NCBI GenBank assembly: GCA_050115675.1
Contig: JASFQB010000004.1
Coordinates: forward strand, 71,601-135,600
DNA: 64,000 nt
From: Candidatus Woesebacteria bacterium
Lineage (GTDB): Bacteria > Patescibacteriota > Saccharimonadia > Saccharimonadales > EFPC-124
Reading direction: 5' to 3'
A program made the position numbers and the translations under genes. Below are positions 33,803 through 42,435 of this stretch, piece after piece (positions within the stretch are counted from its first letter, which is position 1; each line of letters opens with the position of its first letter). Below the pieces are notes generated by a model, which made no database searches, was not told where the DNA came from, and worked only from the letters and a program-made list of their open reading frames with translations.

Positions 33803-34164
33803 CCAAACACCTGACTTTTAAGTATTTGGTCCCAGTCAAATGAGTTATCTACATAGGTTTTATTAGCAGCATCGGTGTCACTAACAGGCGTAGGCACCAC
33901 TGGAGAGGACGAGTACGTCTTAACACCCGCCACAGACTCATCGCCAGTTAAGTGCATAACCGCAGAATCGTCTGCCTTTGCCGCAAGGCTTGTCGATAAA
34001 CCGCTAATCTTGCTTTGAGCAATTGCAGCACCAGAAGCAACGGTATCGTCAGAGACACTACCGCTTTTAAGCGTACCGCCAGATGCATGTGAAACAAGAA
34101 GAAATTCATTAAGAACATCCCCCCAAACCCCACTATCAGAACCGCTTATAGGTAATCTTGCCAT
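33799..34164 (-). CDS. phage tail-fibre-like N-terminal domain protein (121 aa)
   Basis: LPISGSDSGVWGDVLNEFLL and TGDESVAGVKTY...DAANKTYVDN resemble motifs I associate with tail-fibre or receptor-binding proteins. Low certainty. Confidence 0.4.
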   Translation of the reverse strand: MARLPISGSDSGVWGDVLNEFLLVSHASGGTLKSGSVSDDTVASGAAIAQSKISGLSTSLAAKADDSAVMHLTGDESVAGVKTYSSSPVVPTPVSDTDAANKTYVDNSFDWDQILKSQVFG

Positions 34165-34223
34165 ATTTTGCTTACGCTTATATTCACCAGTTTATCTACA
34201 ATTATTATACGTGTCAAAGTTTT

Positions 34224-34667
34224 TTACTCAACCACTACATTATAAGCCCTTGTGTTTACCTTGCTAGAATCACCCTCCCACGAACGCTCGTATTCTAAGG
34301 TTAAAGTAGTAGAACCAATACTTTTAGCCTTAAATGTCCAAACTTCTTCTCCGGATGCTCCGATAGAGCTGCTTTTTGGTGCAATGTATTCGTCATTAAC
34401 TTTTGTGACGACGTTTTTGTCATAAGCATCGCTTAATGCCCAGCTGTAACCAGTAGAGGCATTAGACGGCAATGTAATTGTAAACTCTTGACCATTTTTA
34501 ACCTGAATATCAGTTTGGTCCTCAGATATTGCAACCGTTGATGGATTGGCTGTTGAATATAATATTATTCCACCAATCACCAAAAAGGCGACCACAATTA
34601 GCGACGATGCAATAATTAGTGCCTTCTTGCCTGCGCCAGCACCAGCATTAGATCGAGATTTAGCCAT
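34224..34667 (-). CDS. chagasin-family (I42) peptidase inhibitor, membrane anchored
   Basis: N-terminal TM, then LPSNASTGYSWAL, GASGEEVWTFKA and LTLEYERSWEG, the characteristic I42 blocks. Confidence 0.7.
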   Translation of the reverse strand: MAKSRSNAGAGAGKKALIIASSLIVVAFLVIGGIILYSTANPSTVAISEDQTDIQVKNGQEFTITLPSNASTGYSWALSDAYDKNVVTKVNDEYIAPKSSSIGASGEEVWTFKAKSIGSTTLTLEYERSWEGDSSKVNTRAYNVVVE

Positions 34668-34824
34668 GAAAATTATTCCCCTTATGCTTATAATTTACAC
34701 TATTGATTAAAAAAATTATAGGATTATAAAATTGAACCCTACATACAGATGGGCTAAGACAAAAAATCATGATAAAATAAGTAATACCAAGTTCAGTCAT
34801 AATAAGTTTGATAAAATAGCAAAT

Positions 34825-35463
34825 ATGAAATCCCTCAACCTCGCCCAGCCCGTAGTAATGATAGTTGTTGGCTTGCCAGGTTCTGGCAAGAGTTTTTTTG
34901 CCAAAAAGTTTTCTGGAACCTTTGGAGCGCCAGTAGTCAGTGTAGACCGCATACGTTACGAATTATTTGGGCAGTCCTCCTTTAGTTCCGACGAACAAGA
35001 CTTGGTCGAACGACTCACCAACTATCAAATCGAAGAGCTATTAAAATCCTCCCGTAGCTTTATCATAGATGGAGGATTTGAGCCAAAAGTCGCCAGACAA
35101 AAACTTGGCACATTAGCCAAAAAGGCAGGATACGACGTATTGATAATTTGGGTTCAAACACACGAAACAATCGCTCAAAAAAGATCTTTAAAGCGCAACC
35201 CAAAAAAAGAGGACGACAAGCACAACAACAGCCTCACCTCAGAACAATTCAAAACATTATCCAAACGTTTTACACCTCCCGCAACCGAGCACAATGTTGT
35301 AATTAGCGGCATGCACACATACAGCACACAGGCAAAAGCAGTGCTACGAAAACTAGTAGCAAAACGCGAAGCACAGGCCGAAGCTGCGCATAAGTCAGAG
35401 CTGCAAACCGTACAGCACCAACCACGACCAGAATCACCACGACGCAGTGTAATTATTAGGTAG
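34825..35463 (+). CDS. P-loop kinase-like ATPase (AAA_33/zeta-toxin-like fold)
   Basis: Start chosen at MKSLNLAQPVVMIVVGLPGSGKSFFAKKF (Walker A). Confidence 0.6.
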   Translation: MKSLNLAQPVVMIVVGLPGSGKSFFAKKFSGTFGAPVVSVDRIRYELFGQSSFSSDEQDLVERLTNYQIEELLKSSRSFIIDGGFEPKVARQKLGTLAKKAGYDVLIIWVQTHETIAQKRSLKRNPKKEDDKHNNSLTSEQFKTLSKRFTPPATEHNVVISGMHTYSTQAKAVLRKLVAKREAQAEAAHKSELQTVQHQPRPESPRRSVIIR

Positions 35464-35464
35464 C

Positions 35465-36151
35465 ATGTCTACTTTTGTTGACCCAGAATTTGGCAGCATC
35501 TACATAAGAAGATCGAGCTCGTCGTCATCTGTTAAGTTGCGATTAGATCAAAACGGCAAAATATCAATATCGTTGCCAAAATACGCCCCAGCTTTTTTTG
35601 CAAAAAAACTGCTTAACGAATCGCGCCAAAACTTGCGCAAAATGCTCAGCGATATCGCCACAAAACGTCACACGTACAAGCACGGCGACCTAATTGGCAA
35701 AAGCCACACCCTAGTTTTTGAAGAAGGCGAGACGTACAAGCATCGCATCTATCAAACAAATGCAATTGTTACAAAACCGCCACAAGCCAACCGAGATTTA
35801 GTCAACAAGCAAGTATATTTGGTGGCAAAAAAAGCTCTAAAAATTCAAGCCAACGCCTACCTGCCAAGAAGAATTGCCCAATTTGCCGAATCTTACGGTT
35901 TTACATACCAAAAATTGCGTTTTAGCAGCGCCGGAACAAGATGGGGGAGTTGCTCTAGCCAACAAACAATAAGCCTAAATATATGGCTAATGACACTACC
36001 GCTAGAGCTTATAGACTACGTAATAATTCACGAGCTTTGTCACACAAAATACATGAACCACAGCCAAGAGTTTTGGCAACTGGTAGGCACATACTGCTCA
36101 GATTATAAGTTAAAAAGAAAAGCACTGAAGCTGCACCAGCCGAGCATTTAA
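35465..36151 (+). CDS. YgjP-like (DUF45/SprT-like) metallopeptidase
   Basis: HELCHTKYMNHSQEFW (HExxH...H) near the C-terminus, with typical length. Confidence 0.7.
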   Translation: MSTFVDPEFGSIYIRRSSSSSSVKLRLDQNGKISISLPKYAPAFFAKKLLNESRQNLRKMLSDIATKRHTYKHGDLIGKSHTLVFEEGETYKHRIYQTNAIVTKPPQANRDLVNKQVYLVAKKALKIQANAYLPRRIAQFAESYGFTYQKLRFSSAGTRWGSCSSQQTISLNIWLMTLPLELIDYVIIHELCHTKYMNHSQEFWQLVGTYCSDYKLKRKALKLHQPSI

Positions 36152-36220
36152 AGCCCTGTGATAAAATCTACAGCAATTCAAGAGGGCGCAAAGTCACGCC
36201 CTCTGCTAGCTCGACTTAAT

Positions 36221-36527
36221 CTATAGCATGTGATTACAGTCACAGCAGCGCAACGCATCTTCGTAAATTTGCTCATAGCCACGGTAGCCAGGTGGAACAT
36301 CATTACGTGCGCCGCATTCGCATTCTATTGACTCAGCGCCAGTAATCGTGCCAGCCGGGAATGCCATATTGCCGCATTGTTTATACCCTTCAATCGACCC
36401 CATCTGTGTTGGAGGTTTTTAGGTTTGCGGAATTGTTACCAAAAAGCCAGCAAGGCTTAGCAAATAGCGCCCAAGCAACAAATATCAGCGGCAAAAAACA
36501 AAGCGCAGAACTAATAAAATTTGCCAC
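36221..36527 (-). pseudogene. frameshifted paralog of the 31534-31884 membrane zinc-ribbon gene
   Basis: The N-terminal frame (GTG at 36527 to TGA at 36390) encodes (M)ANFISSALCFLPLIFVAWALF... The C-terminal frame (36403-36221) encodes ..CECGARNDVPPGY..LRCCDCNHML. Removing one G from the GGGG run (C4 at 36398-36401 on the plus strand) fuses them. Confidence 0.65.
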
Positions 36528-36927
36528 AACACAACTCCAATCACTAGCCAGATATATTTAGACCAACATGCAATACAAAAACAAAGTATCTTAGTCCCGT
36601 AATTAGCTTAGCGGCTAGCGCTCTGCTTATCAAGCCGCTGTTCAACAAGCAAACCTCAGCAATCCCATCTTCTAAAAATAAACTATGTAAGATACTAAAT
36701 ACCCATACAGAGCATCTAAATATAACCATGCACTATTGCAGGAACTTGACGATCTGGTTGACCATCGTCGCGAAATTGAATCTAAAATCGACACTAGGAT
36801 AGCCCTCAGCCCAAAACGCACTTAGCCATAAAAAGCCTCCTTGGCGATAGCGATTTACGATATCAACACTAACAGTCTCTTGATAACCAAGTTACAAATC
36901 CTCCAACTTATGCCATAATAAAATCAC

Positions 36928-38580
36928 ATGGAAAAACATAAGCCAGTCAACGACAAGCACAGTAAACGTTACAACAGGTTATTGGCATTTTTTCGAAACG
37001 CCGCAGCGCTTTTGCCTTTTATTATGATTCCTTTTGGGTTACTGGTACGAAACGACACACTTAATAACGATTTTTATGTTAGCGATATAGTCTTTATAGC
37101 GATTAGTATTGCGTGCAGCGTTTTTTCGTTGGCGTATTTTTGCATTCTTAAATTTATTCCTCAAAAAATGCCCCATATCTTCTTTTTGGCAGGGTTTCAT
37201 GTTTTAACAATATTTTTTGTACTGTTTGTTAGTGGGTTTTTGACAGCGTTTTTGGCAATTTGGATAGTTTTAATGGCCGTATCAGACATGCTTTACAAAA
37301 AACGTGGCTTTACGTTAAGCCTATCTGCTCTATTGCTAACTGCTGCGCTAAGTTTTGTAGTACATCCTGATTTGCTTGGCAATCAAAAATTAGAAATAGC
37401 CCAAGGCACATTAATTGTTGCAATAATTGGATATGCAATTGCCAAAATTCGCAGTACAACCGAACGCGAACAACTTACGCTTCAGCGCACGCGCGAACAA
37501 GAAAGCTTTCAGCGCGAAAGGTTACTGGCCTTAGTTAACAGCATGGGCGACGCAGTAGTAACTACAACCGAAGACGGCACCATAAAAGTTTACAACGCAG
37601 CACTTATAAGCCTGCTTGACACAAACGCCAACTTGACAGGCAAGAATTTAGATAAAATATTAAGCCTATGCGACAAAAACAAAAAATCTGTTAGCATTTT
37701 GCAAGATGCACAAGCAATTGGCAAGCTTTTTAGCCGAACAGATCTAATGCACAAATTTAACGACGACGAGTACATGCGCCTTTACATAAACGTCGCGCCA
37801 ATTAGACCAGGCTACCAAAGCCGCACCGAAACAGGTTTTATCTTTATTATTCGCGACATCACCAAAGAAAAAACGCTTGAAGAAGAGCGTGACGAATTTA
37901 TCTCAGTCGTAAGCCACGAACTACGTACACCGGTGGCGATTGCCGAAGGTAATTTATCTAACATTCAACTTTTGCAAGAACGCGGCGCAGCACCCGAAAT
38001 GATAAAACATGCCGTAATTGATTCTCACGAACAAATAGTTTATCTATCAAAAATCATCAACGACCTAGGCACACTATCTAGGGCAGAGCGTGGGGTGAAC
38101 GCAGAGGGCACAGAAGTAATTAACACCGCAGATTTTTTAACAGAAATGTTTCGCACTTACGCTCCACAGGCTCAAAAAAAGAAGATACATTTAGACTTGG
38201 ACATATCTCCACAGCTTTCGCCAATCTGTAGCAGTAGGCTTTATCTAGAAGAAATTTTACAAAACTTTATTACAAACGCTATAAAATACACTCAGCACGG
38301 ATCAGTCACAATTATCGGCCACGACACGCCAAAAGGAGTATATATTGCGGTAAAAGACACAGGCATTGGCATGAGCAAAACCGACCAAAGGCACGTTTTT
38401 GAAAAATTTTACAGATCAGAAGATTACCGAACTCGCGAGTCTAGCGGCACAGGACTTGGACTTTACATTAGTCAAAAACTAGCAACCAAACTTAACATTC
38501 AAATACAATTCGAAAGTCGTCTAAACCACGGATCAACATTTAGCATTTTAGTAAAACCCGCCCCCGAACAGAAAAAGTAA
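36928..38580 (+). CDS. sensor histidine kinase (multi-TM, PAS, HisKA, HATPase_c)
   Basis: H-box VVSHELRTPVAIAEG. N-box ILQNFITNAIKYT. G-boxes VKDTGIGM and GTGLGLYISQKLA. No response regulator is adjacent. Confidence 0.85.
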   Translation: MEKHKPVNDKHSKRYNRLLAFFRNAAALLPFIMIPFGLLVRNDTLNNDFYVSDIVFIAISIACSVFSLAYFCILKFIPQKMPHIFFLAGFHVLTIFFVLFVSGFLTAFLAIWIVLMAVSDMLYKKRGFTLSLSALLLTAALSFVVHPDLLGNQKLEIAQGTLIVAIIGYAIAKIRSTTEREQLTLQRTREQESFQRERLLALVNSMGDAVVTTTEDGTIKVYNAALISLLDTNANLTGKNLDKILSLCDKNKKSVSILQDAQAIGKLFSRTDLMHKFNDDEYMRLYINVAPIRPGYQSRTETGFIFIIRDITKEKTLEEERDEFISVVSHELRTPVAIAEGNLSNIQLLQERGAAPEMIKHAVIDSHEQIVYLSKIINDLGTLSRAERGVNAEGTEVINTADFLTEMFRTYAPQAQKKKIHLDLDISPQLSPICSSRLYLEEILQNFITNAIKYTQHGSVTIIGHDTPKGVYIAVKDTGIGMSKTDQRHVFEKFYRSEDYRTRESSGTGLGLYISQKLATKLNIQIQFESRLNHGSTFSILVKPAPEQKK

Positions 38581-38583
38581 TAA

Positions 38584-40152
38584 TCACTTAATATCTGGCA
38601 ATTTACTGGCTGTAGCCATTAAAACTGGATAGCAAACATTGCGACCCTTCCAGTTTACGCTGCCAAATTCATACATCAACATGCTAATCACAAGCAGTGC
38701 AAATTCTTGCACCAAAACAACTGGCAAAAACCAAACGGCAAGCCACCAAGTATGTGACATTACCCTAAACAACACCAAAGTATAACTAAACAACAGCAAG
38801 ACAGACACCGCTGCAGCCATAGCCCAATACAAGTTGAACTTACCTAAAACGCCATAAACAATTAATACGGCAAACGGCAAAATCGTAAATATTGCCAAAC
38901 AAAAACAAGCAAGCATTACAAAAACTGGCTGCCTTTTAAAAGTAGGGTACAGCAAACGAATCGCTGTCTCGTTCTGACTAGTCCAGCGCTTGGCGGTTGT
39001 TATGCCCAATTCTTGATTAGACACTAAAAACCTATACGAATCAGATGCAAAAAGCCTGCGCGCGAACGTCCCTTCTGGCACAATTTTATGTTTTGCAGCT
39101 TTTATTCCACCAAAACGCCTTAAAGCATCTGTTTTTATTAACCAGCATTGGCTAGCAACTGGCACTCTTTTGCGCGTAATTGGCAATACAATTTGCCAAT
39201 AATAACGAAGCTGCCAAAGCAAATTAGCCATATCAATTCCGTCTCTGCGACTAGCCAAAACAGAGACCATCTCAACCTTATTTGATAACGCATATGCAAC
39301 AAGCTTGCTAATGCTCTGTGCGCTAAGATTTGTGTCAACATCTGCAAACAAAATATATTCGCCACTTGCAGCGTCAACCAACGTGCGCAAAGCCTGATTT
39401 TTGCCCAACCAACCTTCAGCCAATTTGCCACCAGGCGCAAAACGTACGCCGCGCTGCGCAAAATCGCGTATTAATTGCGGAGTTTTATCTTGCGAACAAT
39501 CATCTAAAACAATTATTTCTAGTTTTGGATAGTCAGATTCAACCGCGGCCTGCAAGCATTTTACCAATGCATGGTCCTCGTTTCTGGCTGGAATCGCCAA
39601 AGTAACCGTAGGCAAATCCTTTAAACTTAGATTGCTGTTGATTTTTCGCAGCTTATAATGCTCAAGAGTCCAAATTGCCTGCCACAAGAACAAAGCCGAA
39701 ATAACCAGCCCAAACAAAAGGGCAAAAAACAAAAGTATCTCATAAAATAGCCGCACTCCAAGCGGAACAAAAACAACCAACAAAACAGTCAAAAGTAATA
39801 TGATCGCAAACGAAATCAAAGCATTCAGCTTTGTACTAGATTGCAAAAACAAGCCGCTCAACCTTCCAAAAATTAAACGCCAGCTTAAAATTGCAAGCCA
39901 CAACATAGATGCAACCAAAATTACTTTTGTTTCAACAGAAAGCAAAGATACAAGCAAAAATGGCAATCCAGCCAACAGCAGACCAAAAGACGCCTCTGCA
40001 ATAATTTTACGTCTTTGCCAAAACTGCCCACCAAACCCAGTTAGACCAATAATCATCACCGCTATGGTTATTGTTATCAACCAACATGCTATAGATATAT
40101 GCATACTTACATTATCTAATGCCCGCAGCATAAAACCAAGTAATATCTGCAT
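38584..40152 (-). CDS. family-2 glycosyltransferase with flanking transmembrane domains
   Basis: VTLAIPARNEDHALVKCLQAAVESDYPKLEIIVLDDCSQD, then FADVD. Multiple TM helices on both sides. Confidence 0.8.
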   Translation of the reverse strand: MQILLGFMLRALDNVSMHISIACWLITITIAVMIIGLTGFGGQFWQRRKIIAEASFGLLLAGLPFLLVSLLSVETKVILVASMLWLAILSWRLIFGRLSGLFLQSSTKLNALISFAIILLLTVLLVVFVPLGVRLFYEILLFFALLFGLVISALFLWQAIWTLEHYKLRKINSNLSLKDLPTVTLAIPARNEDHALVKCLQAAVESDYPKLEIIVLDDCSQDKTPQLIRDFAQRGVRFAPGGKLAEGWLGKNQALRTLVDAASGEYILFADVDTNLSAQSISKLVAYALSNKVEMVSVLASRRDGIDMANLLWQLRYYWQIVLPITRKRVPVASQCWLIKTDALRRFGGIKAAKHKIVPEGTFARRLFASDSYRFLVSNQELGITTAKRWTSQNETAIRLLYPTFKRQPVFVMLACFCLAIFTILPFAVLIVYGVLGKFNLYWAMAAAVSVLLLFSYTLVLFRVMSHTWWLAVWFLPVVLVQEFALLVISMLMYEFGSVNWKGRNVCYPVLMATASKLPDIK

Positions 40153-40166
40153 TTTAATGCGCCTAC

Positions 40167-40195
40167 TTGCAATTTATACAATAGTATGCTATAAT
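40167..40195 (+). promoter_or_regulatory. near-consensus promoter of the 68-aa cassette
   Basis: TTGCAA, 17 nt, TATAAT. Confidence 0.6.
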
Positions 40196-40240
40196 TATCT
40201 CAAGATCGTATTGATTTTTTTGTGAAGGGAATCACAGGTG

Positions 40241-40447
40241 ATGTACGTGCTTCGAGACATGCTCAGTGCAATCAGGAGGTTCACCAACAGGTACACCGTG
40301 TGCGCACTTCGCGGACACCTGTCCACGGGCACATTTCTGTGGTGGATGTGCGACAGGTGCCACGCCGATTTCGCAAGCAAAAACACGGGTTCCGTCTGGG
40401 TCGACGACATGAAGATCACCACGTCACCCGGCCTGCTTCGCAAGTAA
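40241..40447 (+). CDS. small GC-rich Cys/His-containing protein (68 aa)
   Basis: ATG at 40241 (GTG at 40238 is also possible) after GAAGGGA. Contains C..H...CDRCH. Has its own promoter and terminator. Confidence 0.5.
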   Translation: MYVLRDMLSAIRRFTNRYTVCALRGHLSTGTFLWWMCDRCHADFASKNTGSVWVDDMKITTSPGLLRK

Positions 40448-40471
40448 CTTCAATCAATACGTCCAAGCCAC

Positions 40472-40508
40472 AGGGGCTGCGCAACCCAGCGTCAGCCCCT
40501 CTTCTATT
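40472..40508 (+). terminator. terminator after the 68-aa cassette
   Basis: AGGGGCTG/CAGCCCCT stem followed by CTTCTATT. Confidence 0.5.
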
Positions 40509-40535
40509 GACTATCACCTACAAAAGCTATATACT
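40507..40535 (+). promoter_or_regulatory. secE-nusG promoter
   Basis: TTGACT, 17 nt, TATACT. Confidence 0.55.
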
Positions 40536-40587
40536 TGACACAGATCACCTACTACTTTAATGTAGGTTTTTTAATTTGGAGAAAATC

Positions 40588-40893
40588 GTGACCAAGCAAA
40601 AGACTACTAAGTCTGCAAAAGATCAGGACAAAAAACGCGACTTACTTAAAAAACGTGTTTCTTTACCTGGCAAAGGCAAGCTTTCGCGCAGCGTCAAGAC
40701 TCCAAGGTGGCTAAGAGCAATCGGTCGCTACTTTGCTGGAGCGTGGCATGAACTTCGCGAGGTAAGCTGGCCAACAAGGCGAGCAACATGGGGACTAACC
40801 CTAGCAGTAATAATTTTTACATGCGCCATAATGATCCTTGTTCTAGCTTTAGACTACGGATTTGAACAATTATTTAAATGGATATTATTTTAA
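40588..40893 (+). CDS. secE: preprotein translocase subunit SecE
   Basis: C-terminal YFAGAWHELREVSWPTRRATWGLTLAVIIFTCAIMILVLALD. GTG at 40588 with GGAG 6 nt upstream is preferred; the track gives TTG at 40576. Confidence 0.85.
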   Translation: MTKQKTTKSAKDQDKKRDLLKKRVSLPGKGKLSRSVKTPRWLRAIGRYFAGAWHELREVSWPTRRATWGLTLAVIIFTCAIMILVLALDYGFEQLFKWILF

Positions 40894-41438
40894 TGACAAG
40901 CAAAAGATACGACTCAACAAGACAATGGTATGCCGTACATACATACTCTGGCTACGAAGAAAAAGTTGCACACTCAATTAAACAGCGTGTTGACTCTGTA
41001 GACATGGCCGACAAAATTTTTGACGTAATGGTTCCCAAAGAAAAGCAAATCGAAATCAAAAACGGCAAACGCAAAGTTGCAGAAAAAAAGATTTTTCAGG
41101 GCTACGTTTTGGTAGAAATGAAGCTTTCTGAAGACGCTTGGTACATCATTCGTAACACACCCGGAGTAACAGGTTTTGTTGGCAGCGGCGTCACTCCAAC
41201 ACCAGTTAGCGACGACGAAATGGCCAAAATCAAAAAACGAATGGGCGTTGAAGATCCAAAACACCAAATTGACTTTAGTGTCGGCGAGGTTGTCAACATT
41301 ATCGACGGACCATTTAAAGGTTTTGATGGTGCCATAAATGAGATCGACACTCAAAAAGGCAAAATCAAAGCATTGGTTAGCCTTTTTGGTCGTGAAACTC
41401 CTGTCGAGCTAGACGCACTTCAGGTTAAAAAAGTTTAG
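40893..41438 (+). CDS. nusG: transcription termination/antitermination factor NusG
   Basis: WYAVHTYSGYEEKV (NGN domain) and a C-terminal KOW (GEVVNIIDGPFKGFDGAINE). TAATG overlap with secE. Confidence 0.9.
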   Translation: MTSKRYDSTRQWYAVHTYSGYEEKVAHSIKQRVDSVDMADKIFDVMVPKEKQIEIKNGKRKVAEKKIFQGYVLVEMKLSEDAWYIIRNTPGVTGFVGSGVTPTPVSDDEMAKIKKRMGVEDPKHQIDFSVGEVVNIIDGPFKGFDGAINEIDTQKGKIKALVSLFGRETPVELDALQVKKV

Positions 41439-41454
41439 CCACTTCAAAAAATAG

Positions 41455-41493
41455 ACTCTAAAAGACCAGTTGCATCTGGTCTTTTAGAGTTTA
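41455..41493 (+). terminator. terminator after nusG
   Basis: 15-bp stem ACTCTAAAAGACCAG/CTGGTCTTTTAGAGT. Confidence 0.65.
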
Positions 41494-41503
41494 TACCGTA
41501 AAA

Positions 41504-41532
41504 TTGACATTTTTTACAAATAATCATACTAT
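41504..41532 (+). promoter_or_regulatory. consensus-like promoter of the 84-aa cassette
   Basis: TTGACA, 17 nt, TACTAT. Confidence 0.6.
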
Positions 41533-41569
41533 CGTACTGCTGATAACGCTTCATTAGAAGGGAACAACA

Positions 41570-41824
41570 GTGCAACTAGTAGAGACCTTCTCCACTAGTA
41601 AGCCCGGGCACGGCAATTGCAGGTGCCTTGTTTTAAAGACAGAAGGCGAGGAGGATGTAGCGGCTATAGCCGCAGAAATTGTTCAAAGCTTTTGCGGCGT
41701 AATACTCTGCCCAGTGCCAGAAATTAAGGACGGATGTCTATATCTGTACCTCTATAACGTCGAGGAGACGAAAGTAACCCTAGTCAGTCGAGGTCTTCTC
41801 CCTTGGCTGCAGACAATCATCTAA
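41570..41824 (+). CDS. hypothetical Cys-containing protein (84 aa) inserted between nusG and rplK
   Basis: GTG start after GAAGGGA. Has its own promoter and terminator. Confidence 0.5.
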   Translation: MQLVETFSTSKPGHGNCRCLVLKTEGEEDVAAIAAEIVQSFCGVILCPVPEIKDGCLYLYLYNVEETKVTLVSRGLLPWLQTII

Positions 41825-41843
41825 TTTAAGAATGGTATCACCC

Positions 41844-41878
41844 CCGTGCTCGTGCACATAAAAGCGAGCACGGTTTTT
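41844..41878 (+). terminator. intrinsic terminator
   Basis: CCGTGCTCG/CGAGCACGG stem followed by TTTTT. Confidence 0.7.
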
Positions 41879-41960
41879 ATATAATTACCAAACATATCTG
41901 TACATTTATTGCATTTATTGGTATAATAACCTCGTTACGCACTCCAAAGGAGTAAATTTT

Positions 41961-42386
41961 ATGGCAAAAAAAGTTAAAGCAAATCTTAAGTTCCGCGTTC
42001 CAGGCGGCAAAGCAACCGCAGGTCCTCCAGTAGGATCAATTTTAGGACAACACGGTCTAAACCTAATGGACTTTGTTGGCGTATTTAACGACCGAACAAA
42101 AGACATGATGGGCAAGTTGGTAACTGTGCATCTTACAGTTTACGAAGACCGCACTTTTAGCTTTACGGTCATTGGTCAGCCTGTTGACGAAATGATTCGC
42201 GAAGCCGTTGGCATCCAAAAAGGTTCCGGTAAACCTCACGCAGAAAAAGTTGGCAAAATTACACGTGCGCAACTAGAAGAAATTGCAAAAGCTAAAATGC
42301 ACACCCTAAACGCAAACGACCTAGACGCAGCTGTAAAAGTTGTGGCCGGCACTGCTCGCTCAATGGGTGTAGAAGTAGAAAAATAA
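41961..42386 (+). CDS. rplK: 50S ribosomal protein L11
   Basis: MAKKVKANLKFRVPGGKATAGPPVGSILGQHGLN is a canonical L11 N-terminus. Confidence 0.95.
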   Translation: MAKKVKANLKFRVPGGKATAGPPVGSILGQHGLNLMDFVGVFNDRTKDMMGKLVTVHLTVYEDRTFSFTVIGQPVDEMIREAVGIQKGSGKPHAEKVGKITRAQLEEIAKAKMHTLNANDLDAAVKVVAGTARSMGVEVEK

Positions 42387-42435
42387 TTTTTAACAGTGGG
42401 AGGTCAGCAACCGTTTGAACCACGAGGAGTCTTTT

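Noticed and set aside
36361-36729. Track ORFs 36361-36561 (+) and 36544-36729 (-).
   Set aside because: They overlap the frameshifted paralog and its upstream region, and they have no RBS and no motifs.
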